This document shows positions 1 to 8,185 of a DNA stretch of 32,000 nt, piece by piece. Under the pieces are notes generated by a model. That model was not told the origin of the DNA and did not search any database. It was given only the letters and a program-made list of their open reading frames with translations. Both the position numbers and the translations under genes were made by a program. Positions within the stretch are counted from its first letter, which is position 1. Each line of letters opens with the position of its first letter. The stretch covers positions 240,001 through 272,000 of the forward strand of contig CAZKBG010000001.1 of assembly GCA_964551375.1 (NCBI GenBank), written 5' to 3'. The stretch is from an uncultured archaeon. GTDB taxonomy: Archaea; Iainarchaeota; Iainarchaeia; Iainarchaeales; JAAZKV01.

Positions 1-1
1 A

Positions 2-388
2 TTCATCGGGGACGCAATTGTGATTGAACTAAGATATCCAATGCCTGACTTGAGTTTTGTTCAGCCAAATGACATAGTATTTTTTTACACAGGGCACTCA
101 AACAAAGCCTTCACAAAAGATTACTTTGAGAAAAATCCGGTAATAACCCCTGAAATAGCTGAAGCTTTGATTAAAAAAAGAATAAAAATAGTCGGAATTG
201 ACTCATTCAGCCCTGATAATGAGCCTTATGAAGTTCACAAAATGTTTTTTGAAAAAAGCATCCCGATTGTAGAAAATCTTGTAAGCCTTGACAAACTTGT
301 GAATAAAAGATTCAAATGCATTATCCTGCCAATAAAATTGGAAGAAGCTGACGGAGCGCCGTGCAGAGTTGTGGGCATAATTGAATAA
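2..388 (+). CDS. Cyclase / kynurenine formamidase-like family protein, C-terminal part (5' truncated by window edge)
   Basis: The frame is open upstream of the listed GTG (F-I-G-D-A-I-V-I-E...), so the gene continues past the window edge. The C-terminus ...EEADGAPCRVVGIIE matches the typical end of cyclase-family proteins. Confidence 0.72.
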   Translation, partial: FIGDAIVIELRYPMPDLSFVQPNDIVFFYTGHSNKAFTKDYFEKNPVITPEIAEALIKKRIKIVGIDSFSPDNEPYEVHKMFFEKSIPIVENLVSLDKLVNKRFKCIILPIKLEEADGAPCRVVGIIE

Positions 389-430
389 ACTAAGAAAAAG
401 CTAATAAAAAAAATAATTTGCGCTTAATCT

Positions 431-1123
431 TTATCTAAGCGCATCATCAATTTTCTGCTTTAAAGTTGCGTAAGGAACCGCTCCAACTACTAAAACCCCT
501 TCGCCGGTAGTCTTTCCAACAACAAAAGAAGGAGTTCCGTTAATTCCAATCCTTGCGCCCTCATTAGCATCAGATATTATTGCTGAATCAAACTTTCCTG
601 ACAAAAGGCAAGTGTTGAATGAATTAACATCAACGCCGATTTCTCCCGCCCAAGAGGATACATTAGCAAGGGTCACTGATTGAACCATATTATATGTATT
701 GCCTGCAAGCTCCTGCTGTTTGTTATACATTTTATCATGCATTTCAAAATATTTTCCCTGCTCTCCAGCGCATCTTCCCGCATAAGCGTACATTCCCGCA
801 AGAGGGTGCCCGTTAAGAGGCAAATCCTTAAAGATAAATTTTACTTTTCCAGTGTTAACATAATCAGAAACAAGCTGGGCCTTTGATTCAATGAACCATT
901 TTCTGCAAAACGGGCACTGAAAATCAGAATATTCTATAACCGTAACCGGCGCAGAATCAGAGCCAAGGCTTCCTGCCCCTGCCGATGAAAGAGTTCCTAA
1001 ATTAACTTTTGTTTCCTGCTGTGTACAGCCAAGCAATACTACCAGCGCAAAGATAAGCGCACTGAAAATAATTAATTTCCCCGAGTTCTTCAAGCAAAAC
1101 ACCCACAGTTTATTGGAACACAA
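431..1123 (-). CDS. DsbA/thioredoxin-fold secreted lipoprotein (thiol:disulfide oxidoreductase-like)
   Basis: Hydrophobic signal followed by a lipobox-like LLGC, CPFC active site in VIEYSDFQCPFCRKW, and a cis-Pro loop NGTPSFVVG. The exact start is uncertain (TTG 1123, GTG 1102 or TTG 1093). Confidence 0.88.
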   Translation of the reverse strand: MCSNKLWVFCLKNSGKLIIFSALIFALVVLLGCTQQETKVNLGTLSSAGAGSLGSDSAPVTVIEYSDFQCPFCRKWFIESKAQLVSDYVNTGKVKFIFKDLPLNGHPLAGMYAYAGRCAGEQGKYFEMHDKMYNKQQELAGNTYNMVQSVTLANVSSWAGEIGVDVNSFNTCLLSGKFDSAIISDANEGARIGINGTPSFVVGKTTGEGVLVVGAVPYATLKQKIDDALR

Positions 1124-1278
1124 GTATTAAAGAGGTAACCGCTAAAGAAAAATTAAAGAAACCAAAACAAAAATCTCTGCAAAAATCACTAACGTGAAAT
1201 TTTTTATCCGCATTTTTGGGGCACAGAGCCAAATACCCCAATCAGAAGCTTTTTATATTACAAAGGCCTAATTTGAGC

Positions 1279-1533
1279 ATGAAAAATTCAAACATAAAAA
1301 ATAATTCTGCAGACAGGATTCACAATTTATCAAAAAATGTTGTCTGGTGGAAAGTTGTAGGAGTAATTATTGGCGGATTTGCTTTAGGAATAGTTATTTC
1401 AAATTATTTCTTCAGCTACACAATTGGTGTTGATTCAATTTTTCAAGGAATACAACTATTACTAATAGCATGTATCCTGGCATTACTTCTTGATGTGCGC
1501 AGACTAATAATCAATTCAGCTAACCGGTGCTAA
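1279..1533 (+). CDS. Small hypothetical membrane protein (two predicted TM helices)
   Basis: The ATG at 1279 gives MKNSNIKNNSAD... with hydrophobic stretches VVGVIIGGFALGIVI and GIQLLLIACILALLL. The upstream part of the listed ORF looks non-coding. Confidence 0.55.
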   Translation: MKNSNIKNNSADRIHNLSKNVVWWKVVGVIIGGFALGIVISNYFFSYTIGVDSIFQGIQLLLIACILALLLDVRRLIINSANRC

Positions 1534-1640
1534 CAACCATCAATAAAACTGGTTTTCTTAATCGAACAATAAAGTTAGTGATTAAGTTCTCTGTATGAAA
1601 ACACCAAAAAGCATTTAATTAACAAAATGAGTAAATTAGT

Positions 1641-2321
1641 ATGCGAGTAAAGCCAAAGGCAAAAGCTCTAAAGAAAGCGCCAATTCCTACGCGCTCAAAA
1701 AAAGCGGCAATTGAAAGAAGATTTCTAAAAAACCCGTTAAAAACAAAATCACTAATAGTAACAGCATGGTTTAGAAAATACTTACGAGAAAACAAAGGCC
1801 TATTAACTTCATTCTTAAAAGCAAGAAGAGAACTTCACAAAGGAAGAGCAGTGGCATTTCAAGAAGGAAAAGTAACTCTTGCATTTCATGATGACCCAAA
1901 CGCAAGCGCATCAGCTCATTTATATAAATTAACGCTTGGAAAAGATATTTTCTTTATTAAAGAACAAAGAGAAGGAAAAAACAGGCACAAATTCAAAGCG
2001 CATCTTGATGTCGCTGACAAACAAATAATGGCGCTTGAGAAAGCAAGAAAAGTTTTGAAAGGAAACCCAGATTTTGAAGTAGCAAACTATCACATGGGGT
2101 GGACAAGCGGGCACAACTCATTTTTAGTAACCGAACACTACCATGGAGTGCTTGTTGAACACATGCGCCCAAGCCAAGGCTGGATAGACCACAAATTCAA
2201 ACCAACAAGAATGAAATTACTTGAAGCAGGACTTGAAGACTTTGGCGTCCACAACTTAATTTACGACGCAGAAAGAAAAAAATGCATAATAATAGATTTG
2301 AGACTATCTGGATACTCCTAA
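1641..2321 (+). CDS. Hypothetical protein with possible minimal/atypical kinase-like C-lobe motif
   Basis: 226-aa ORF. IFFIKEQ resembles a beta3 Lys; EDFGVHN-LIYDAERKKCIIIDL resembles D-x4-N...x13-D spacing of the kinase catalytic and metal-binding motifs. The family call is inference only. Confidence 0.6.
   Translation: MRVKPKAKALKKAPIPTRSKKAAIERRFLKNPLKTKSLIVTAWFRKYLRENKGLLTSFLKARRELHKGRAVAFQEGKVTLAFHDDPNASASAHLYKLTLGKDIFFIKEQREGKNRHKFKAHLDVADKQIMALEKARKVLKGNPDFEVANYHMGWTSGHNSFLVTEHYHGVLVEHMRPSQGWIDHKFKPTRMKLLEAGLEDFGVHNLIYDAERKKCIIIDLRLSGYS
2226..2305 (+). repeat. 80-bp direct repeat, copy 1
   Basis: gcaggacttgaagactttggcgtccacaacttaatttacgacgcagaaagaaaaaaatgcat(a)ataatagatttgagact; 79 of 80 positions identical to 3816-3895. 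Confidence 0.97.
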
Positions 2322-2392
2322 TAATTTAGTAAATCACTTAATCGTTTTAGATATTCTTAAATATAATAAAATCTTAGTAATAGTTGACTTTT

Positions 2393-3214
2393 ATGGCAAT
2401 ATTAAGCTCATTTGACAAAATTGCGCTTGTCGGAATAATAATATGTTTAGCATTAATATTTGCTTCAGCAGCAGGACTTGATTTAGCAAAACCATACCAC
2501 CAATTTACTCAAATGGTATTCGGCACAGAAGCCGTAACGGATTCTAATGGAGTACTTTTGGCAAAATACGGCGGAACAGGAGTAGCAAAATGCGGAACAG
2601 GAGATGTGCTTGTTTGGAACAATACACAAAATAAATGGATATGCACTAACATGTTCGGACCGGGGAGCCCGCCAACAGCAACACTAACCGCAACACCAAC
2701 AACAGTAAATTATGGAGGAGCATCAAGCATAATTTGGAGCTCAACAAACGCAGACACTTGCGTTGTTAGAAAAAACGGAGCAGCATTCTCAACATTACTT
2801 TCAAGCACAGGAACAACTTCAGGCGCGCTTACTGCAAACCCAACAAACTTTGATATAAACTGCACAAACATAAACGGCTCAAACGCGCTAATCACTGTAC
2901 CAATATCAGTAACTGACAATTACCCAGCGCCCCCAGCAGGCGTTTTAGTTTACGACAGCGGATGGCAAGCATGGAACCCAGTATCAATATCACTAAACCA
3001 CACAAGCGTTCCAGTTGCAAACCAAAACGTAGTAGCATACGTTGGATGGGCTCAAAGCCCAGTGCCAGCACACGCAGCAACAAACTTCACAAGCTACGGC
3101 TCAACAGCAGCATACAGAATAACCGCAAAAGCAACAACTTACCTAACGATCACAAGAAGCGGACAAGCAGGCGAGCCATACTACTACTGGGTAAGGATAT
3201 ATTCGACGGCTTGA
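2393..3214 (+). CDS. Secreted or membrane-anchored surface protein with Ig-like segment
   Basis: N-terminal hydrophobic segment (FDKIALVGIIICLALIFASAAG) followed by a Thr/Ser/Asn-rich Ig-like segment (PPTATLTATPTTVNYGGASSIIWSSTNADTC). TATA-like aaatataataa at ~2359-2369 fits a leaderless ATG at 2393. Confidence 0.65.
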   Translation: MAILSSFDKIALVGIIICLALIFASAAGLDLAKPYHQFTQMVFGTEAVTDSNGVLLAKYGGTGVAKCGTGDVLVWNNTQNKWICTNMFGPGSPPTATLTATPTTVNYGGASSIIWSSTNADTCVVRKNGAAFSTLLSSTGTTSGALTANPTNFDINCTNINGSNALITVPISVTDNYPAPPAGVLVYDSGWQAWNPVSISLNHTSVPVANQNVVAYVGWAQSPVPAHAATNFTSYGSTAAYRITAKATTYLTITRSGQAGEPYYYWVRIYSTA

Positions 3215-3254
3215 AAAAAGAAATAATTAAATACTAAAAACATCCCATCACATT

Positions 3255-3566
3255 ATGAACGAGAATGAAATTAGATCGCTTTACTTAGCCAGTGCTGTCC
3301 CACTTTTACTTGTCGGACTTTTCATAATATTTATAGTATTATTTGGAAATTATGACCGCACAATTACCACAACAGGTTTTATTAACGGCTTAATTATTTT
3401 TTTAATCGCAATAGTCCCATCGATATACTTTTGTGCGTTTAAATTTTATGAATATAACAAGAAGGTTCATTCGCTTAAATTGACAAAAGTAGGAATTTTG
3501 ATTAATGCAGCATATTATGTTTTTATTTTTATATTTATTTTTCTGATGATTATTAGCATAATTTAG
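3255..3566 (+). CDS. Small hypothetical membrane protein (three predicted TM helices)
   Basis: 103-aa ORF with three long hydrophobic segments. Confidence 0.6.
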   Translation: MNENEIRSLYLASAVPLLLVGLFIIFIVLFGNYDRTITTTGFINGLIIFLIAIVPSIYFCAFKFYEYNKKVHSLKLTKVGILINAAYYVFIFIFIFLMIISII

Positions 3567-3623
3567 AAATAGCGAATATGAACACTTTTGTTATACCCAA
3601 ACCGTGTTAGCGATTGGCAATGA

Positions 3624-3905
3624 AATACCTCAACCAACCAACTTCATACAACTTTTAGGCTGGAAAAAAGAGACACGCTCACAATATTCCCAAGCAGCGA
3701 AGAAAAACAAGTTCTAATTGTAAAAAGAGTAATAAGCGTTGAAAATCAACCTCAACGAGAACTAAGCCCAAAACAAAAAGCCCACGCTGAAAAACTAAAA
3801 CAAGCATTCTCAACTGCAGGACTTGAAGACTTTGGCGTCCACAACTTAATTTACGACGCAGAAAGAAAAAAATGCATTATAATAGATTTGAGACTCACAA
3901 GCTAA
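3624..3905 (+). pseudogene. Truncated partial duplicate of the 1641-2321 gene
   Basis: Frame open from just after a TGA (3621-3623) to TAA (3903-3905), with no convincing start, encoding ...PKQKAHAEKLKQAFSTAGLEDFGVHNLIYDAERKKCIIIDLRLTS. Its last 27 residues before LTS match the 1641 product. Confidence 0.65.
3816..3895 (+). repeat. 80-bp direct repeat, copy 2
   Basis: Same sequence as 2226-2305 with one substitution (ataat/attat). Confidence 0.97.
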
Positions 3906-3915
3906 AAAGCAGATG

Positions 3916-4983
3916 TCATCTTTTCAAATACACCGTCTGGGAAGGGAAAGCAAAGCTGATTTTGGCTTTCTCAAAATCTTTTTTTATCCTCAACCCCACA
4001 ATGTCTCGGGCTTGAAGCATTTCCTTATGAACGCCGTGCTTGGTGTAAAAAATAATCTCAATATCAAGCGAACTTGCGCCAAATCCCTTAAACACTACTG
4101 TATAATCATCATCGCACAAATCGCACTCCTTAATAGCGGTCTTGATTATCTTCTTCGCCAGTTCAAGCTTTTTATTTGAAGTATCAAAAGTCAAACCAAT
4201 AGTCCACACGACCTTCTTCTTAGGCGCGCCGGTAATATTTGTCAAAATTTCGCTTGCCAAAATGCTATTCGGCACCACAACAAGCTGCTTGTCAAGATCG
4301 CGAACCTTAGTATGCCTAAGATTAATCTCCTCAACCTTCCCAGTATACTGCCCGTTTGAAAACTTAATCGTATCCCCAACGACAAAAGGGCGCGAAAACA
4401 AAATAGATAAACCTCCAAAAGCATCAGCAATAGTTTTCTGAGCAGCAAAAGCAAGCGCAATACCCCCAATACCAAGCCCCGCAAGCAAAGACCAGACATC
4501 AATCCCCATATTGTCAAGAACAATGATAATTCCAATACAAATCAACCCAACTTTCACAGACTTCTTTAACCACGGCAGAATCTGGTCATCAAGCTTACTG
4601 TCACTCCTATCAGTAATCGGCTTTAAGATGCGCTCAAACAAAGAATCAACAAGCTTTACTACAAACCAAATAATGTTCAGCATGAACAAAACTTTAATCA
4701 CAGTATAAAAAGTTTCAGAAACAGACTCGGGAAAAACAAGAAACTGATAACCTGCAACAAAACCGCCAAGCACAATTATAAAAGCAAAAGGCTCCTCTGC
4801 CAAGTCAACTAAAATATCATCAATATCGGTTTTTGTCTTTTTTGTAAACTTGTGCAAAACATTCTTTGAAAAATAAAGAACAATCTGTGAAAGAACAATT
4901 GCCCCAACAACTACTCCCAACGCATAGCCCCAGCTCTCAATAGAATTGCCGAAATAAACAAACTGCAAAAAGTCCACAGCCAT
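3916..4983 (-). CDS. mscS: MscS-family small-conductance mechanosensitive channel
   Basis: N-terminal TM helices followed by the MscS core (LDNMGIDVWSLLAGLGIGGIALAFAAQKTIADAFGGLSILFSRPFVVGDTIKF). SD ggtga lies just upstream of the ATG at 4983, which favours it over the listed start at 4998. Confidence 0.93.
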   Translation of the reverse strand: MAVDFLQFVYFGNSIESWGYALGVVVGAIVLSQIVLYFSKNVLHKFTKKTKTDIDDILVDLAEEPFAFIIVLGGFVAGYQFLVFPESVSETFYTVIKVLFMLNIIWFVVKLVDSLFERILKPITDRSDSKLDDQILPWLKKSVKVGLICIGIIIVLDNMGIDVWSLLAGLGIGGIALAFAAQKTIADAFGGLSILFSRPFVVGDTIKFSNGQYTGKVEEINLRHTKVRDLDKQLVVVPNSILASEILTNITGAPKKKVVWTIGLTFDTSNKKLELAKKIIKTAIKECDLCDDDYTVVFKGFGASSLDIEIIFYTKHGVHKEMLQARDIVGLRIKKDFEKAKISFAFPSQTVYLKR

Positions 4984-5018
4984 AAAAATCACCGACAATT
5001 AATGAAAATTTTAGTAGA

Positions 5019-5091
5019 TACCCCAACCGGGATTCGGACCCGGGTTACAAGCTTGAAAGGCTCGTGTGCTTGACCGCTGCACTATTGGGGC
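5019..5091 (-). tRNA. tRNA-Glu, anticodon UUC
   Basis: Minus strand folds by hand as acceptor GCCCCAA/TTGGGGT, D stem GTGC/GCAC, anticodon stem CGAGC/GCTTG with loop CTTTCAA (anticodon TTC), and T arm CCGGG-TCCGAAT-CCCGG. Total 73 nt with discriminator A and no encoded CCA. Confidence 0.93.
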
Positions 5092-5132
5092 AATCAACTC
5101 AACCAACTATCCAATAGTGCGTTCGTTTTCGC

Positions 5133-5153
5133 CAGCCTTTTTCTAAAAGGCTG
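5133..5153. other. Perfect 9-bp hairpin with 3-nt loop
   Basis: cagcctttt-tct-aaaaggctg. Confidence 0.7.
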
Positions 5154-5169
5154 CTGCACTATTGGGGCA
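5153..5169 (-). repeat. 17-bp duplicate of the tRNA-Glu 5' end
   Basis: gctgcactattggggca at 5153-5169 is identical to 5076-5092. The inverted core ccaatagtgc is at 5111-5120. Confidence 0.85.
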
Positions 5170-5270
5170 TGAAATTATTTTGTTTTCATGCGAGGCTTTG
5201 CCTCAGTTAAGTTTTTTGTTTTAGTAAAAAGTTTGGGAGGAAAATCGTTTATAAAGCTTTCATTTGGGGG

Positions 5271-5651
5271 TTAATTTTTGCCCGCGAGCATTCTTGCAAC
5301 TCTTTTTGCGTCTCTTCGCTTTGCAAGGTTTCTTTTGAGCTGGCTTTCAAGTTCAAGCTCTCTTCTCATTCCGCTATTTACAATTCCCAAGTCTCCAGTC
5401 ACTGCTCCTGTGAACTGCCTGTCCCTTGCTCTACGCATGCCTGTATTTATTTCTCCAAGCGCAGGGCTTGTTCTTCTTCGCTCAAATTTCAAAAATTCAG
5501 CAGCTACTTTTCTTCTCGCAGCAATCATCGGTCTTCTTCTTGGAGCAACCATTAAACCATCACTAAAGTATTTCTTCTTTAGAAGTATAAATGCTTTGCC
5601 CCTAAAGGAAGCGCTTAGGGCTTTTTGGGGACTTTTGTTTTTGAAGCCCAA
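5271..5651 (-). CDS. Small basic hypothetical protein (126 aa)
   Basis: Arg/Lys-rich ORF typical in composition of archaeal small basic proteins. The opposite ORF (5278..5703 +) looks like antisense. The start may be internal. Confidence 0.5.
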   Translation of the reverse strand: MGFKNKSPQKALSASFRGKAFILLKKKYFSDGLMVAPRRRPMIAARRKVAAEFLKFERRRTSPALGEINTGMRRARDRQFTGAVTGDLGIVNSGMRRELELESQLKRNLAKRRDAKRVARMLAGKN

Positions 5652-5659
5652 AACAACCC

Positions 5660-5667
5660 TTATAAAG
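5660..5667 (+). promoter_or_regulatory. TATA box for rpl40e
   Basis: ttataaag; a TSS ~25 nt downstream would place ggtga in a short leader before the GTG at 5703. Confidence 0.6.
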
Positions 5668-5702
5668 CTTTGGCTGTTGATTTCTTTGATAGGTGAGTTT
5701 TA

Positions 5703-5867
5703 GTGGCTGACTTCAAAGAATCATTGGCAAGAAGATTCAATAATGTTTACATCTGCCAAAGGTGCAATGCAACAAACAGATCTTCTTCAGGACTTCCTGC
5801 CCAGTGCAGAAAGTGCGGTTCAAAGAGATTAAGATTAAAGAAGAAAAAGAAGAAGGCTGCTGCTTAA
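5703..5867 (+). CDS. rpl40e: 50S ribosomal protein L40e
   Basis: GTG-start 54-codon ORF absent from the supplied track: (M)ADFKESLARRFNNVYICQRCNATNRSSSGLPAQCRKCGSKRLRLKKKKKKAAA. It has two CxxC zinc-ribbon knuckles and a basic tail. SD-like ggtga at 5692-5696 and TATA ttataaag at 5660-5667. Confidence 0.93.
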   Translation: MADFKESLARRFNNVYICQRCNATNRSSSGLPAQCRKCGSKRLRLKKKKKKAAA

Positions 5868-6042
5868 AAGCAGGCTTCTTTTTAGAACTTTTTTTGCTTG
5901 GCTCAAATTTTTATCAAAAATCCCAGGCAGGTTTTTAAACGTTTTACTCTTGACTTCTGTCCGCAAAATATGCTAAGAGGAATTTAATTAAATAATTTGA
6001 TAACACGCTATAAGTTCAGATAAATAAGCAAGAGGATTATTC

Positions 6043-7857
6043 ATGGTTGCAATGGGACTGTTTGTTCAAATGGCGGAAATTATTGTTGCCGCCACTATCA
6101 TCAGCCTTGTCTTAAGAAAACTAAAACAGCCAAATTTATTTGCTTATATTATTGCCGGAATTGTAATAGGCCCTTTTGTTTTAGGAGCATTTGATTTGAG
6201 TTTCTTGAATCTGCCTTTTGCTTTGGGAATAAAAGAAATAACTCCGGAGATTCACTTATTATCAGAGCTTGGCGCAGCGTTTTTGTTATTCTCAATCGGA
6301 ATTGAAACATCAGTAAAAAGACTCCTTCAAATGGGAAAACCATTACTTGCAGGAACCTTCATGCAGGTTGTTGGAGTAATTTTAGTAACAGTAATTTTAA
6401 CAAATTTTACAGGAATGCTTCCTTTAGAAACTTCACTATTCCTTGGAACAATAATCGCATTCTCCTCAACTATGATAGTAATCAAACTCTTAGCTGATAA
6501 GAAGGAAACTAACACATTGAATGGAAGAGTCACTATTTCAATTTTATTAATTCAGGACTTTTTAGTAATAATATTCGTTCCACTTTTACAAAATGTTTCA
6601 AAAATCGGGGACCCAACTTTCTTTGCCCCGATTGTAGCCCAAACAGTAGCCCTTTTGGCAATTGCCCTTCTTGCAAACAAATTCCTCTTCCCAAAATTGT
6701 TCTCAATTGCGGCAAAGGATAATGAATTATTTTTCCTCTCAAGCATCTCAACAGCATTTTTATTTATTGGAGTGAGTTATATTTTAGGAATACCAATTTC
6801 AATCGGAGCCTTCATTGGAGGACTTGCATTAAGCAGTCTGCCTTACAACACAGCAGTATTTTCAAAAGTAAGAGCTCTTCGAGACTTCTTCTTAACAATA
6901 TTCTTTGTTTCCTTGGGAGCAACTTTAACATTTGCGTTTGGAAGCCTGCCAATATTATTAATGATAACAATAATTCTCTTAATTTTTGTATTCAAACCCC
7001 TAGTATTTTATGCAGTGAGCCTGCTTTCAGGGTACGGCTCAAGACTTGCGCTTGAAGTCGGAATGACGCTTGCACAGGTGTCAGAATTCGGATTTGTAAT
7101 TGTAGCACTGGGCGCCGCAGCAACGCTTGCAAACGGAGAATCAATAATCTCGCAAAGCCTTGCTTCATTCATAATCGCAATTTCTGCAATCTCAATGATG
7201 GTAACCCCGCATTTGATGAATTATTCCCCAAAAATGGCAAATATTGTTTCGCTTAAAATGAATAAATGGTTTAAAGTTGACCAAAATAAACGCTTGAATA
7301 AAAGAATTGATGATTTAAGAAAAATGCCTTCAAAGGAAAAATTGCAAAATCATATTATTGTAATAGGGGGCGGGCTTTTAGGGAGAAGACTTGCAAGAAA
7401 GCTGAAAATTAACTCAAAAGTAATTATTGTTGACGCTGATCCGGAAGTGGTTCTTCAGGGACAGCATGACAAACTTGATTTTGTTTACGGGACTTCAGAA
7501 GATGTGGAGCTTTTGGAAAAACTTGATTTTGAAGACGCAAAATTAGTCCTTATTGCGATGACAGCCCATAAAGAAGCGTGCAATTTTGTCATGGCATTAA
7601 AGAGAATGTCCCCCAAAACAAAAATATTCGCTATTTCAAATCACTTTTATAACGCGGTGGAGCTTTACGCTAAAGGAGTGGAGTACGTTTCAATCCCGCC
7701 AATTTCTGGAACGCAGGAAATTTATAATTTAATTGATAACTTCGGGAAAACAAGAAAAGTTTTCATAAGCCAAAAAGCAAAAGAAGCGCATATTAATTAC
7801 ATCAAATCACAGGCTGAAGAAGAATTAAAGTATAGAAAGAGATTAATGGTAATTTAG
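6043..7857 (+). CDS. CPA2-family cation:proton antiporter with C-terminal RCK/TrkA-N domain
   Basis: Multiple TM helices of the KefB/Na+-H+ exchanger type (LGAAFLLFSIGIETSVKRL, LGTIIAFSSTMIVIKLL) followed by a Rossmann domain (IIVIGGGLLGRRLARKL...VIIVDADPEVV). Confidence 0.93.
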   Translation: MVAMGLFVQMAEIIVAATIISLVLRKLKQPNLFAYIIAGIVIGPFVLGAFDLSFLNLPFALGIKEITPEIHLLSELGAAFLLFSIGIETSVKRLLQMGKPLLAGTFMQVVGVILVTVILTNFTGMLPLETSLFLGTIIAFSSTMIVIKLLADKKETNTLNGRVTISILLIQDFLVIIFVPLLQNVSKIGDPTFFAPIVAQTVALLAIALLANKFLFPKLFSIAAKDNELFFLSSISTAFLFIGVSYILGIPISIGAFIGGLALSSLPYNTAVFSKVRALRDFFLTIFFVSLGATLTFAFGSLPILLMITIILLIFVFKPLVFYAVSLLSGYGSRLALEVGMTLAQVSEFGFVIVALGAAATLANGESIISQSLASFIIAISAISMMVTPHLMNYSPKMANIVSLKMNKWFKVDQNKRLNKRIDDLRKMPSKEKLQNHIIVIGGGLLGRRLARKLKINSKVIIVDADPEVVLQGQHDKLDFVYGTSEDVELLEKLDFEDAKLVLIAMTAHKEACNFVMALKRMSPKTKIFAISNHFYNAVELYAKGVEYVSIPPISGTQEIYNLIDNFGKTRKVFISQKAKEAHINYIKSQAEEELKYRKRLMVI

Positions 7858-7869
7858 TTAAAACCGTTT

Positions 7870-8070
7870 TTACCTTGGCTTTTTTCTTCTGCTTCTTGCC
7901 CATCTCATCTTTAATTCATCCGCAAGAGCAACTCTCTGCGATTGAGTAAGCTGAGACGAAATCTTAACGCCTTTACTCCAAACGCTTGGAAGTCTTCTGC
8001 CGCTTTCAAGCTTTAAAATCAGTTTTCTATCAATCTTTCTCTTGGCTTTGGTTGACATTCGCCTTGGCAT
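7870..8070 (-). CDS. Small highly basic hypothetical protein (66 aa)
   Basis: MPRRMSTKAKRKIDRKLILKLESGRRLPSVWSKGVKISSQLTQSQRVALADELKMRWARSRRKKPR. SD ggag is ~8 nt upstream of the ATG at 8070, which favours it over GTG 8079. Confidence 0.6.
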   Translation of the reverse strand: MPRRMSTKAKRKIDRKLILKLESGRRLPSVWSKGVKISSQLTQSQRVALADELKMRWARSRRKKPR

Positions 8071-8185
8071 TAAAAACACTCCTTAACGCTAAAATAAACT
8101 CTATTGATTAATATTAACCTTTTGTTTTCAAGAAGTTTAACCCAAATAGCGAAAGCATTTAATAGTAGAGAAACCTACTTTTTGC

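Noticed and set aside
2384-3906. A transposon or IS element between the 80-bp repeats.
   Set aside because: There is no transposase, no terminal inverted repeats and no recognisable recombinase. Only the direct repeat itself is supported.
3913-4708. Plus-strand ORFs over the mscS region.
   Set aside because: Antisense to a clear MscS protein.
5278-5703. Plus-strand ORF MPASILATLFASLRFARFLLSW...
   Set aside because: It looks like an antisense reading of the Arg/Lys-rich minus-strand ORF, and it would run into the L40e start.
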